DNA of 64,000 nt from Myxococcota bacterium (GCA_039028615.1 JBCCHT010000002.1:32001-96000); one strand, 5' to 3'. Counted from the stretch's first letter, positions 21,176 through 31,196 are shown. Program-made: numbers and translations. Notes: a model not told the origin generated them from the letters alone.

Positions 21176-22176
21176 GGCCCTCGGTGGGATGGCTGGTCGC
21201 GGTGCTCGTCACCGTGGGCCTGCTGCTGGTCGCCATGACCACGGGCCCGGGCGACGTCGGCCTCCCCGACGTCTTCGCTGTGCTCGCCCACCACCTCGGC
21301 TTCGGAACCTCCGCCTCGGCGCCCATCCTCGACGCGCTGATCTGGGACCTACGGCTGCCGCGGTCGCTGCTCGCCGCGCTGCTCGGCGCCGCGCTGGGCT
21401 TCGCGGGCGCCATCACCCAGGGCCTGTTCCGCAACCCCATGGCCGAGCCGGGCGTGCTGGGCGTGAGCGCGGGCGCGGCCACCCTCGCCGTGCTGGGCTT
21501 CACCCTCGGGCTCGATACGGGCAACACCTTCGCGGTGCCCGTGCTCGCGGCGATGGGCGCGGGCGCGGTGCTGCTCATCCTGCTCGCGCTCAGCCGCGAA
21601 GGCGAGACCACCTCCCTGCTGCTCTCGGGCATCGCCCTGGGAGCCATGTGCGGGGCGCTGACCACCTTGATGCTCGCCGTCGACACCAGCCGCTGGGACC
21701 TGGGGATCAAGGTCGTGCGCTGGCTGATGGGCAGCTTCGAGGGCCGCAGCTGGGGGCACCTGCAAGGGGCGCTGTTGCCCCTGGCCGCCGGGTTTGCCGT
21801 GGGGGCGTGGCTCCGCCTCGATCTCGACGCGCTCCAGCTCGGCCAAGACACCGCCGCCTCGCTCGGGGTCGACCTGGTGCGGACGCAACGCTTGGCCTTG
21901 TTCGCGGTCGCGTTGCTGGTCGGGGCCGCCACCGCCTTGTCCGGGGTCATCGGCTTCATCGGGCTGGTCGTCCCCCACGTCGCCCGCATGCTGGGGGGTG
22001 CCAGCCATGCCCGGTTGTTGCCCTTGTCCGCGCTGGGCGGCGCGCTGGCCTTGCTCGTCATCGACATCGTCGCGCGCTCGATCCAGGGCTTCGTGCTGCC
22101 CCCGGGGACGATCACCGCGCTGGTCGGTGCGCCGTTCTTCTTGTGGCTGCTTCGGCGTCAGGACGGTCAGCCATGA
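21172..22176 (+). CDS. btuC: FecCD/BtuC family ABC permease
   Basis: LRLPRSLLA, QGLFRNPMAEPGVLGVSAGA, IGFIGLVVPH. Confidence 0.92.
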   Translation: MRPSVGWLVAVLVTVGLLLVAMTTGPGDVGLPDVFAVLAHHLGFGTSASAPILDALIWDLRLPRSLLAALLGAALGFAGAITQGLFRNPMAEPGVLGVSAGAATLAVLGFTLGLDTGNTFAVPVLAAMGAGAVLLILLALSREGETTSLLLSGIALGAMCGALTTLMLAVDTSRWDLGIKVVRWLMGSFEGRSWGHLQGALLPLAAGFAVGAWLRLDLDALQLGQDTAASLGVDLVRTQRLALFAVALLVGAATALSGVIGFIGLVVPHVARMLGGASHARLLPLSALGGALALLVIDIVARSIQGFVLPPGTITALVGAPFFLWLLRRQDGQP

Positions 22177-22988
22177 GCTTGCAGACCAACGGCCTGGGCG
22201 CGCACGTCGGAGGGCCTCCCGCGCGCTGGCTCTTTCGCGAGCTGCAGCTGAGCATCGAGCCGGGGCAAGTCTGGGCGCTGGTGGGCCCCAACGGCAGCGG
22301 CAAGAGCACCCTGCTGCGTTGCCTGGCCGGCCTGCGGTCGCCCGCCGAAGGCACCATCTCGCTGCAGGGGCAGGCGCTCGAGCAAATGAGTCGCCGCGAC
22401 CGGGCGCAAAAACTCGCCTACCTGCCCCAGCTGACGCCGCTGTACCACGACCTGCCCGTGCGACGGCTCGTGATGCTCGGCCGTGCGCCCCACCTGTCGC
22501 GCTGGCGCGGCCCCACCCGCGACGACGCCACGCAGGTCGACGAAGCCCTGCGCCGCGTCGAGGCCCACGACCTCGCCGACCGTCGCATCTCGACCCTCAG
22601 CGGCGGCGAGCGACAGCGGGTGATGCTCGCCCGACTGTTGGCCACCGGGGCCCGCGTGCTGCTGCTCGACGAGCCGACCACCGCCCTCGACATCGGCCAC
22701 GCCCTGCGCTTTCTCGCGTTGTGCCGCAACCTCGCCGCCGAGGGCACCGCGATCGTGCTCGCGATGCACGAGCTCGAGCTCGCCCGACGCTATGCCGACC
22801 AAGCCGTGTGCCTGGGGCTGTCCCCCTCCCCCGCGCATCGACTCGGCCCCGCCCCGCAGGTGCTCGGCCCCGAGGTCCTCGGTCCCCTCTTCGACGTCCA
22901 GGTGCGCGAGCACCCCGACGGCCTATCGTTCTACACGCCCGATCAGCGACAGACGGACCGGGGCATCGGGTCGTCGGGCGACACGTAG
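22173..22988 (+). CDS. btuD: ABC transporter ATPase
   Basis: GPNGSGKS, LSGGERQR, LLLDEPT. Confidence 0.92.
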   Translation: MSLQTNGLGAHVGGPPARWLFRELQLSIEPGQVWALVGPNGSGKSTLLRCLAGLRSPAEGTISLQGQALEQMSRRDRAQKLAYLPQLTPLYHDLPVRRLVMLGRAPHLSRWRGPTRDDATQVDEALRRVEAHDLADRRISTLSGGERQRVMLARLLATGARVLLLDEPTTALDIGHALRFLALCRNLAAEGTAIVLAMHELELARRYADQAVCLGLSPSPAHRLGPAPQVLGPEVLGPLFDVQVREHPDGLSFYTPDQRQTDRGIGSSGDT

Positions 22989-23935
22989 ACGTCCTGGCAG
23001 TAGGGGCCGGGGCTGTCGGGGTTGTCGACCTCGAAGCAACAGGCGATTCCCGAGCCGGGCAGCGGGCAATCTTCGCCCTTCTTGCGGCAGCAAAGCTGCT
23101 CGATGTCGGTGCGCTCCTCGAAGCCGCGACACCCCGGAGAGCACCCCACGATGGGCCGTAGGCCATCCTCGGGGTTGTCGTAGCACACCGACTTGGGCAG
23201 AGCCTCCAGCACCCGAGCGTCGTTGAAGACCCCACCATCGCACCACTCGGGCAAGCTCTCGTTGTTCCGATCGTCGAGCGACACCGCGCCGTCGAGCACC
23301 CCGTTGCCGCAGAAGTTGCAGGCCTCCCGGTTGTAGCGGCAGTCCTCGAGGCAGCGGCTATACGAGCCCCCGGCGTAGGTCCGGCCCGTGTTGCCCAGCG
23401 GAGGCAGGTCGACGCAGTTGCGCACCACCGACAAGTCATCGATGTCGTTGGGGTCGCACTCCTCGCCCTCGTCGCGATCACCGTTGCCACAGGCCGCACA
23501 GCGCGAGTCATCGAGCACGCAGTCGCTGCACTGCATGAACCCGACCCCCGAGGGACACACCGCCCCGCCGATGTCGTTGCCCTCGCACTCCTCGTCCGCC
23601 TGCGGATCGATGAAGCCGTCTCCGCACACCGCACAGTCCGCGAGCGTGACCGGCGTGCTGACGAAGCGGCACGTGGTGGGGTCGCAGGCGGCATGGCCCT
23701 CCGGGCGACCGAGGTTGCGACACGGCTCGTTCAGCGAGTCGGAGTTCGCCGGATCACAGTCCTCGTTGACGTCGACATAGCCGTCGCCACACGCGATGTC
23801 GTCGTCGAGCTGGAGGAAACACGACACGTTCGAGGCCACCATCGCTGCCGCCAGCACCAGCAGCCAGGGTGCCACCCGCAGGCCCAACCATGGGCCGCGA
23901 TGTTTCGCGGCGCGCATGGCTGGCGTGTTCGGCAT
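22943..23935 (-). CDS. Secreted myxobacterial cysteine-rich repeat protein
   Basis: Four CG[DN]G...E.C[DE]-type repeats, hydrophobic N-terminus with Cys; start uncertain. Confidence 0.8.
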   Translation of the reverse strand: MPNTPAMRAAKHRGPWLGLRVAPWLLVLAAAMVASNVSCFLQLDDDIACGDGYVDVNEDCDPANSDSLNEPCRNLGRPEGHAACDPTTCRFVSTPVTLADCAVCGDGFIDPQADEECEGNDIGGAVCPSGVGFMQCSDCVLDDSRCAACGNGDRDEGEECDPNDIDDLSVVRNCVDLPPLGNTGRTYAGGSYSRCLEDCRYNREACNFCGNGVLDGAVSLDDRNNESLPEWCDGGVFNDARVLEALPKSVCYDNPEDGLRPIVGCSPGCRGFEERTDIEQLCCRKKGEDCPLPGSGIACCFEVDNPDSPGPYCQDVYVSPDDPMPRSVCR

Positions 23936-23985
23936 CCGCCACAGAGTAGCGCAGTCGGCCTGCGCGACCGCCCGGGCGCCGCCGC

Positions 23986-26133
23986 TCAGTCCTCTTCCGG
24001 GGTCGGATCCGGGCTCTCGACCACCTGCACGCCCAGGTGCCCCCGCGCCAGCAACGAGTCGCCGCTGTTCGCATCGATCACCCAGCCGCCGTCATGCGCC
24101 GCTATCGCCAAGCGCTTGCCATCACTGGACCAGTCGAGATCGTCGAAGCCGGTCACGCCGCGGCTCCACACCTGCTCGCCGCTGCGACTGTCGTAGAGGC
24201 TGACGGCGAAGCGGTCGAGGAAATCGGCCCGGCTGAACTCGATGAACACGTCGGAGCGATGCACCAGCTGCACCACCGCCACGCGTTCTCCGGCGGGATC
24301 GGGCACCACCGAGCGCAGAAAGCCACCGCGGAGGTCGAAGCGAAGCGGCTCGCCCGTCCCGGCCACGTGCACCACGGGCGCGCTTCGATCGCTGGCGACG
24401 AAGGTCCGCGAGTCGCCCAGCTCGAACAGCGCCTCCACGTCCCGCCCTCGGACCTCGGTCAGGCCCAAGCGCTCGAGGATGACCTGGCTGTCTCGCGTGT
24501 GGCTGCCCAGCTCGGGCCACTGTCCGCGCTGCTGCGAAGGGATGGTGGTCGTGGCCCCGAAGCCGCCGTGGGTGACCTCGACGACCTGAAACTCGGACGC
24601 GGAAGAGTCCCCGATAATGGCCAGGCGACCGCCCTCGAACCCGTCCCGACGGAAGTCGGCCGCCACCAGCTCGCCGTTGCGGAACGTGTCGTTGGTCGAG
24701 ATCACCTGACCATCATCGAGGCCGACGATCGAGAGTCCTCCGTCGGAGCCCAGGGCGAAGATGCGGTCGTCGCCGAGGAACGCCAGCTCTCGCGGGCTGG
24801 GAATCTCCCGCGGCAAGACCCGCGCCTCTCCGCTGCCGACGGACTCGACCGCCACCGTGCCCCGAGACGTGCCCCATGCCACCCGCGTGCCGTGCTCGTC
24901 GAGCGCGACCGTGGTGGGGAGCATGCGCTCACACTGGATCTCGACGAAGTTGGGCTCGTCGAGCGGGTCGAGGATCAACGACTCGGGGGTGGGCACCGCC
25001 CGCAGCCCGGAGACCACCGTGGATTGACTACGCAGGGTCCGAGTCGACGCGGCCAGGCCGACCTCGCGCAGCGGCACCGGGGTCACGTCCTCGATCTCCT
25101 TGCGATCGGTCGAGCCCTCCCATTCGATGGCCGTGCTGCGCTCGAGCCAGAACCCGCGCCCCGTGCCGCTGTCGACCAACAGGCGCTCGTCGTCGACCCA
25201 GTGCATCCGGGGCAGACGCTTGTTGTCGAGCTCCCCCACCAGCAGCGTGCGGGCGTCGGTCTCGAGGTCGATGAACTCCACCGAGAAGCGACCGTCGCGG
25301 GTCCGAGGCTTGCGAAGCGCCGCCAGGGTGCGCCCATCGGGAGACAGGCTCATGTCGTTGCGGTTGGGCCCACGATCGATGACCACGGTGCGCGCGTCCC
25401 CGACGATGGCCAAGCGGTCGTCGCGAAGCTCGATGGGCTGCACCCGAGTGGGTCCCGCCAGCACGGCCATGATCGACGGGTCCTGACCCGGCAGCGCCGA
25501 GACCCGCAGCTGCCAGGGCACGAAGCTGGCCTGATCGATGGTGGAGACGACCCCACCGGTTCGATCGAGCAACGTGATGGAGTGGTCTCGCGCCAGCGTC
25601 AGCACCCGAGTGCCGCCGTCGATGACGTACAGCTCGAAGTGTGGCTGGGTCGCCGGGAGCTCGAACAGCTCCGTCATGCGGGCGCCCTTGGTCTGCTCGT
25701 CGACCTCGACGCGCGCCACCCGAACTCCGCCTGCCGTGTCGATGAAGCCGACCACGAACCCACCGTCGTCGGCGCGCGCCAGCGACATCCATGCCGGCTC
25801 TTGCACGGGCAACGCCAGCGGCGTGCCGACGTCGGCCGACCGAAGCTTCGGCCACAACCGGACGGTTCCTTCGGTATCGAGGGTCAGCGCCGCCTCGGCC
25901 CGATGGTCGAGTACGATCTCGGTCATGTCCGCGCCGTGCAGGCTCCGCGCGAGCTGCAGGACGTCGTCCTGCAGCTCTTGTTCGGGTGCGACCGGAGCCG
26001 CCGTCACTTCGGCGGGAGGTTGGGAAGGCTTGGCGGGGTCGCCTGCTTCGGTGCTTCGGTTGGCACAGGCCGAGCTGGCCAGCAGAGCCAGGCCGATGGT
26101 GAGCGCGCTGCGAGAGAGATGGTTCGTGTTCAT
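23986..26133 (-). CDS. Lipoprotein with WD40-like beta-propeller repeats
   Basis: Lipobox SSAC; GTVRLW, SLSPDGRTLA, WSSDGKRLA; GAGGAG RBS. Confidence 0.75.
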   Translation of the reverse strand: MNTNHLSRSALTIGLALLASSACANRSTEAGDPAKPSQPPAEVTAAPVAPEQELQDDVLQLARSLHGADMTEIVLDHRAEAALTLDTEGTVRLWPKLRSADVGTPLALPVQEPAWMSLARADDGGFVVGFIDTAGGVRVARVEVDEQTKGARMTELFELPATQPHFELYVIDGGTRVLTLARDHSITLLDRTGGVVSTIDQASFVPWQLRVSALPGQDPSIMAVLAGPTRVQPIELRDDRLAIVGDARTVVIDRGPNRNDMSLSPDGRTLAALRKPRTRDGRFSVEFIDLETDARTLLVGELDNKRLPRMHWVDDERLLVDSGTGRGFWLERSTAIEWEGSTDRKEIEDVTPVPLREVGLAASTRTLRSQSTVVSGLRAVPTPESLILDPLDEPNFVEIQCERMLPTTVALDEHGTRVAWGTSRGTVAVESVGSGEARVLPREIPSPRELAFLGDDRIFALGSDGGLSIVGLDDGQVISTNDTFRNGELVAADFRRDGFEGGRLAIIGDSSASEFQVVEVTHGGFGATTTIPSQQRGQWPELGSHTRDSQVILERLGLTEVRGRDVEALFELGDSRTFVASDRSAPVVHVAGTGEPLRFDLRGGFLRSVVPDPAGERVAVVQLVHRSDVFIEFSRADFLDRFAVSLYDSRSGEQVWSRGVTGFDDLDWSSDGKRLAIAAHDGGWVIDANSGDSLLARGHLGVQVVESPDPTPEED

Positions 26134-26157
26134 GGCGGTGCTCCTCGGTTCGGCGGC

Positions 26158-28141
26158 TCAGAGGGTTCGCAGGTACGCGCTGAGGTCGGCGATCTGGACT
26201 TCGGTCAGCGAGTCGAGGTCCGCCATGTCGTGGATGGTGCCGCGATCGGTGAGCAGGGTCCGCAGGTCGCCCGCGCTGCCGTCGTGGTAGTAGGGCGCGC
26301 TATGGGCCAGGCCGACCAACGAGGGGGTGTCGGTCTCCCCCGAAGCGGGTCTTGCCGATCGGGTACTGCTGCCCGTCGGTGAGCTTGTCGCCGTCGTGGC
26401 AGACATCGCAGGCCAGGTCCTTGCTGACGAACAGCTCTCGGCCGCGCGCCACCGCATCGGGTTCGGTGACCGTCGCGGGGCGCGGTGCGTTCATGCTCAA
26501 GATGTAGGCCCGTAGCGCGGCGAACTCTCGCCGACGCACCCGCTGCGACATGCCACCCAGGCGATCGACGGTATGCGACAAGCTCGCCTTGAGGTTGACG
26601 TCCTGCCCGTCCCACTTGTACGGCGCCGTGCCTTCGACCCGACCCGCCAAGATCGGCGTCTGCAAGATCGACTTGCCCAGTCGCCAGGTCAGGCCGTCCG
26701 CTCGTCCTTCGGGGTGACAGCTGGCGCAGGCGAGCACTCCATCGGTCGACATCCGAAAGTCTCGGCCGCGCCGAAACAGCTCGGCTCCCTGCTCGACCTC
26801 GGGCGAACGGAGGCTCGCGGCCAGCTCCGGCCCGTGGTGCCAGGGCGTCGGCGCATCCGAGGCACCCGCCTGCCGAGCCGCGACCCCGTCGACATCGAGC
26901 CGAATCAAGCGACGCGAGAGCTCGCAGTGCACCCACAGCTCTCCGCCGTCGAAGGTGAGCCCATCGACCCCGCACGCGTCTTCCGCTTGGCCACCGACCT
27001 GCGCGCTCCACTTCACGAACGGCGACTGCCCCGAGGCCTCGTGGATCGCCAACACGCGGTCGTCTCCGTAGCCGCCCACGAACAGCACGTCGTTGGCGGC
27101 CTCGTAGGACAGCGCCCGCGGTTGGTGCACCTCGTAGGTCGTGAACCCGGCCCGGGCCGAGGTCGTGCCCGCCCCCGAGATCATCGCGAGACGGTGGACC
27201 AGGGGAGGAATGGACACCTCACCGCCGCCATAGCTGTCCTCCATGTCTTCTTGCGGCCGGAACTTCATCTGCGGCGTGGCGAGCTGGTGCGGGGCCACGA
27301 GCAGGTCGTCGCCGACGAAGCCCACCGTGTAGACATTGCGAGCCTGACGACGGCCGGTATCCGACGGAACCTGGAAGCGGCTGCGCGCCTCTCGGAGCGA
27401 GGCCGTCGTGCTCCTGAAATCCTCGTCCTCTTCGGTCTCGATGTGCATGTGGTCGCGGGGCTCGAGGCTGTGCCAGCGCACCTGCTGCCCGTCGGAGGCC
27501 AAGTCGACGACCGCCAGCACCCCGCTGGACAAAAAGCCCACCGCCGCCCGACGCCCGTCGCTCGACACCGCCACGCCGCGGGGCTCGGCCGTCAGCTCGC
27601 GCCGCCACTGCACTCGAAGACTCGCGACATCGATCGCGACCAGCTGTTGGTCGGCCACGCTCGTCGCCAGCAGGGTCTTGCCGTCGGGCGTCAGGGCCAG
27701 CCCGTGCGGCTCCCGCAGGGGCAGCTCGCGAACAACCGCCAGCCCTTGGCCCTTCGCGTCGCCCGGATCCACTTGCACGACGCGATCCGCAGTCCGGTCC
27801 GCCACGAACACCAGACCCGCGCCGTCGTGCACCATCTCGCCGATGCCCTCGTGCAGGGTCAGCTGTCCCACCGGGTTGCCCTGCCGATCGCTGCGAATCA
27901 CCGCCCCCGCATTGCGCTCGACCACCAGCAGACCGTGGGCATCGGCGATGACCGTCCCGCCGTGGCTGCCCGCATGGGGCCCGACCTGCGGCGCCCGAAC
28001 CGAGCCGACGACGTCACCTTCCGTGGCGAGGCTGGTCCGGGATGACCTCAGCCTGGGCTCGAACCCGTCCGCGTGTGCCGAGGAGATCCCTACGGCGAGC
28101 AGCAAACAGGAGGCGGCGGTGATCCAGACCCGGCGTGGCAT
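26158..28141 (-). pseudogene. Secreted YncE-like beta-propeller + di-haem cytochrome c (CcP/MauG-like), frameshifted at about 26337-26341
   Basis: CASCH and CDVCH haem motifs; the conserved tail TPSLVGLAHSAPYYHDGS is in another frame (ORF ending 26158); could be a sequencing error. Confidence 0.8.
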
Positions 28142-28222
28142 GTCGGTCCCCAGACGTGTGAGGACCCAATTCGATTTCAACCCAGGGCCTGAATTCCACC
28201 AACTTCCCGCCCCGAAGCGGGC

Positions 28223-28341
28223 CTAGTGTAGTGAGTCTGCAATCCGCTTCGAGAGAACGCCGTCAGCGCGGGCCGTGCCAAAGCGCGAAGAGGGCGTTCA
28301 TCGGGTATCTCTCGAAGCGGATCGCAGACTCGACACACTAG
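28223..28341. mobile_element. 119-bp palindromic MITE/REP-like element bounded by CTAG
   Basis: 34-bp arms 28223-28256 and 28308-28341 are inverted repeats matching 30/34; no ORF. Confidence 0.6.
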
Positions 28342-28365
28342 TGCCAAACAGCGCTCTGGAGGCGT

Positions 28366-28776
28366 TCAGCCGCCGTCCGACGAGTCGAGCGCGGAGCCAC
28401 TGCTGCTGCTCTCGCTGCTGCCCGTGCCCGTCGTCCCCTCGTCGCCGCCCGAACTGCTGCCCTCGCTCGATTCCATCGGCGGCGGTGCGTCGGTCGTGGC
28501 CGGTGGCATGGGCGAGTCCTCGCAGATGCACGGGCCCCGCTCCAGGCCGCTGTCCAGGCACAGCTGCGTCCCCGACCCGCCATTTGCGCACGTGCACGGC
28601 AGCGGCTCGCCCGCGACGCACTCCCCGAAGTCGATGGCCTGTGTCCCGCCCGAGTCGAGCCCGACCTCCTCCACGTTCTCCGACTGACAGCCAAACCACA
28701 GCGAAAGCCCCAGCGCCAATCCCCACACCACCGTTCGAGATGCGGGCACGGCAGCGAGACCATCGAGGGCAGGCAT
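28366..28776 (-). CDS. Small Cys-containing lipoprotein with Ser/Gly/Thr tail
   Basis: Lipobox WFGC; CVAGE..CTC..GTQLC..PCIC module. Confidence 0.65.
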   Translation of the reverse strand: MPALDGLAAVPASRTVVWGLALGLSLWFGCQSENVEEVGLDSGGTQAIDFGECVAGEPLPCTCANGGSGTQLCLDSGLERGPCICEDSPMPPATTDAPPPMESSEGSSSGGDEGTTGTGSSESSSSGSALDSSDGG

Positions 28777-28952
28777 CACCCTTTCGATGTATCTGCCGCC
28801 GCCCGTGGGTGTCAACGAAGAACGCGCCCCGACCCGCCCGAGCGATCCCGAGCAGCGACGCCGAGACTCTCATGGAGTCCGAGATTGGGCCCGGCCCAGC
28901 GCCGCCCTTTTCGGACGAGCACTGGGCGAGCTCGACTCCCGATGCGCGTCGA

Positions 28953-30380
28953 TCAGACCTTCACGCGCGGCAAGAAGCGACCGCGCCGCTGCGAGTGCTC
29001 TTGCAGCAGCGGCTCGAGCATCTCGGTGAGGAACTCGTCGACCTGCTCGGGCGCTCGCCCGACATAGGCCGCCGGCTCGATGACGTCGTCACGCACGAAG
29101 GGCCCGAGCTTGTCGTCGCCGCGCATGCGGTCGAGCAAGTCGTTGCTCGCCCCTTCTTGCTTCATGCGCCGCACGGCTTCGTGGCTGTGCACGCGCACCC
29201 GCTCGTGCAGGTCCTGGCGGCTCTCGCCCCCGCGCACCCCGGCCATGATGACGTTCTCGGTCGCCATGAAGGGCAGCTCCTGCTCGAGGTTCGCCCGCAC
29301 CACCGCCGGGTGCACGATGAGCCCCGCGGTCACGTCAGCGAGTAGATTGAGGATGGCGTCGGTGGCCAAGAAGGCCTCGGTCAGCACGAGCCTTCGGTTG
29401 GCGCTGTCGTCCAGAGTCCGCTCGAACCACTGGTTGGCGTGGGTCTGCCCCGGGCTGGTCGACAGCGACAGCACGAAGCGGGCGAGGCTCGAGACCCGCT
29501 CGCTCCGCATGGGGTTGCGCTTGTAGGCCATGGCCGAGGATCCGATCTGGCTCTTGCCGAACGGCTCCTCCACCTCGCGCTCGTGCGACAGCAAGCGGAT
29601 GTCGCCCGCGAGCTTGGCCGCCGACCCACACAGGTCGGCCAGCGTCGACAGCACCCAGGTGTCGAACTTACGCGGGTAGGTCTGGCCGCTGACCGGCACC
29701 GAGTGCGAGAACTCGAACGAGGCGGCGACCCGGCGATCGAGCTCGCGTACCTTCTCATGGTCGCCGTCGAACAGCGCCAAGAAGGAGGCCTGGGTCCCGG
29801 TGGTGCCCTTGACCCCGCGGAAGGGCAGCCGCTCCCGCAGCGATTGCAGGCTCTGGAGGTCGAAGGCCAGGTCCTGCGCCCACAGGCACGCCCGCTTGCC
29901 CACCGTCGTCAGCTGTGCCGGCTGAAAGTGGGTGTAGGCCAGGGTGGGCAGGTTCCGGTACTCCCGAGCGAACCCCGCGAGCTGATCGATGACGGTGAAG
30001 AGCCGATCCATCAGCAGCTCGAGCCCGTCCCGCATCATCACCAGCTCGGCGTTGTCGGCGACGTAGCAGCTGGTCGCCCCCAGGTGGATGATCTTCTCGG
30101 CCTCGGGGCCGACCCGCTCGCCGTAGTGCTGCACGTGGGCCATGACGTCGTGGCGCAGCTTCGCCTCGAGCTCGGCCACCCGCTCGAAGTCGACCTCGTC
30201 GCGATGGGCAACCAGCGATTCGATCTGAGCGTCGGTGATCGGCAGGCCGAGCGCCTGCTCTCCGCGCGCCAGCGCAATCCAGAGGTCGCGCCACAACTTC
30301 ACGCGACGCAGGTCGCCGAAGTTGTCGACCATGGCGGCCGTGGCGTAGCGAGTGGCCAGGGGACTTTGGTAGCCCGACAT
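28953..30380 (-). CDS. purB: Adenylosuccinate lyase
   Basis: YQSPLATRYA, RHDVMAH, HLGATS, GSSAMAYKRNP. Confidence 0.96.
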   Translation of the reverse strand: MSGYQSPLATRYATAAMVDNFGDLRRVKLWRDLWIALARGEQALGLPITDAQIESLVAHRDEVDFERVAELEAKLRHDVMAHVQHYGERVGPEAEKIIHLGATSCYVADNAELVMMRDGLELLMDRLFTVIDQLAGFAREYRNLPTLAYTHFQPAQLTTVGKRACLWAQDLAFDLQSLQSLRERLPFRGVKGTTGTQASFLALFDGDHEKVRELDRRVAASFEFSHSVPVSGQTYPRKFDTWVLSTLADLCGSAAKLAGDIRLLSHEREVEEPFGKSQIGSSAMAYKRNPMRSERVSSLARFVLSLSTSPGQTHANQWFERTLDDSANRRLVLTEAFLATDAILNLLADVTAGLIVHPAVVRANLEQELPFMATENVIMAGVRGGESRQDLHERVRVHSHEAVRRMKQEGASNDLLDRMRGDDKLGPFVRDDVIEPAAYVGRAPEQVDEFLTEMLEPLLQEHSQRRGRFLPRVKV

Positions 30381-30502
30381 CGCGCGGAGGATAGCCCTGC
30401 CGCCCTGCGCAATCCTCGCAGCCTCGCCCCTGCCGCTCACGCCCCCAACCCCATGAAATCCCAGGCAGTTTTGAATAACTTCGGCAGTGGGCGAAACCAA
30501 GC

Positions 30503-30527
30503 GGAATAATGCCCGGGGCCACGGGTT
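30503..30527 (+). promoter_or_regulatory. Putative ECF autoregulatory promoter
   Basis: GGAAT-N16-GGTT ending 18 nt before the sigma start codon. Confidence 0.4.
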
Positions 30528-30545
30528 GGGCGGGACGAGACAACG

Positions 30546-31196
30546 ATGGACACAGCCGCACGGCAGGAGTTTGAAAAAGTCGCCCTTCCCCACCTCGACT
30601 CGCTCTATGGGGCAGCCCTCCGACTCACCCGCAACCCCTCGGAAGCCGAGGATCTGGTTCAGGACAGCTTCGTCCGGGCCTATCGCTTCTGGCACACGTT
30701 CAAGGCCGGAACGAGCATCAAGGCCTGGCTGTTCACGATCCTGCGGAACACGTTCATCAACCGCTACCACCGAGGCAACCGCCGCCGTACCGCGCGGCAC
30801 GACCTCGAGGCCCAGCTGAACTCGCTGGGTACCGACGCCGCCGTCGCCCGCACCACCCCGCAGTTGCCCGGGCCCGAAGCCGCCGTCTCCCAGCAGGTCA
30901 CCCGAGACCGCATCTACGCCGCTCTCGAGTCCGTCCCCGAGGACTACCGCGCCGCGGTGATGCTCGCGGACCTCGAGGGGCTCGCCTACAAGGAAATCGC
31001 GGAGATCATGGACTGCCCCATCGGCACCGTGATGAGCCGCATCTACCGGGGCCGTCGTTTGCTCGCCAAGCTGCTCAAGGATCACGCAGCGGAGCTCGGC
31101 CTCATCGACCCCGACGAAGAACTCGCCCGCTCCGCCAAGCGCTCGGGCAAGACCGTCGATCTCGAGACCTACCGTAATAAGCGAGGGACCGCATGA
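30546..31196 (+). CDS. ECF RNA polymerase sigma factor (SigH/SigR/RpoE1-like)
   Basis: AEDLVQDSF, AWLFTILRN, YKEIAEIMDCPIGTVMSRIYRGR. Confidence 0.95.
   Translation: MDTAARQEFEKVALPHLDSLYGAALRLTRNPSEAEDLVQDSFVRAYRFWHTFKAGTSIKAWLFTILRNTFINRYHRGNRRRTARHDLEAQLNSLGTDAAVARTTPQLPGPEAAVSQQVTRDRIYAALESVPEDYRAAVMLADLEGLAYKEIAEIMDCPIGTVMSRIYRGRRLLAKLLKDHAAELGLIDPDEELARSAKRSGKTVDLETYRNKRGTA

Noticed and set aside
22943..22988. Convergent 3' overlaps (also 4382-4404)
   Set aside because: Short tail-to-tail overlaps are common in compact GC-rich genomes
28266..28282. Sigma-54 promoter on the minus strand (TTGGCACGGCCCGCGCT) inside the palindromic element
   Set aside because: -24 element is good but -12 lacks the TT of TTGC; too weak in GC-rich DNA
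28953..30380. Eukaryote-to-bacterium transfer of purB
   Set aside because: This subtype also occurs in other bacteria and the composition matches the host; it cannot be claimed without a phylogeny
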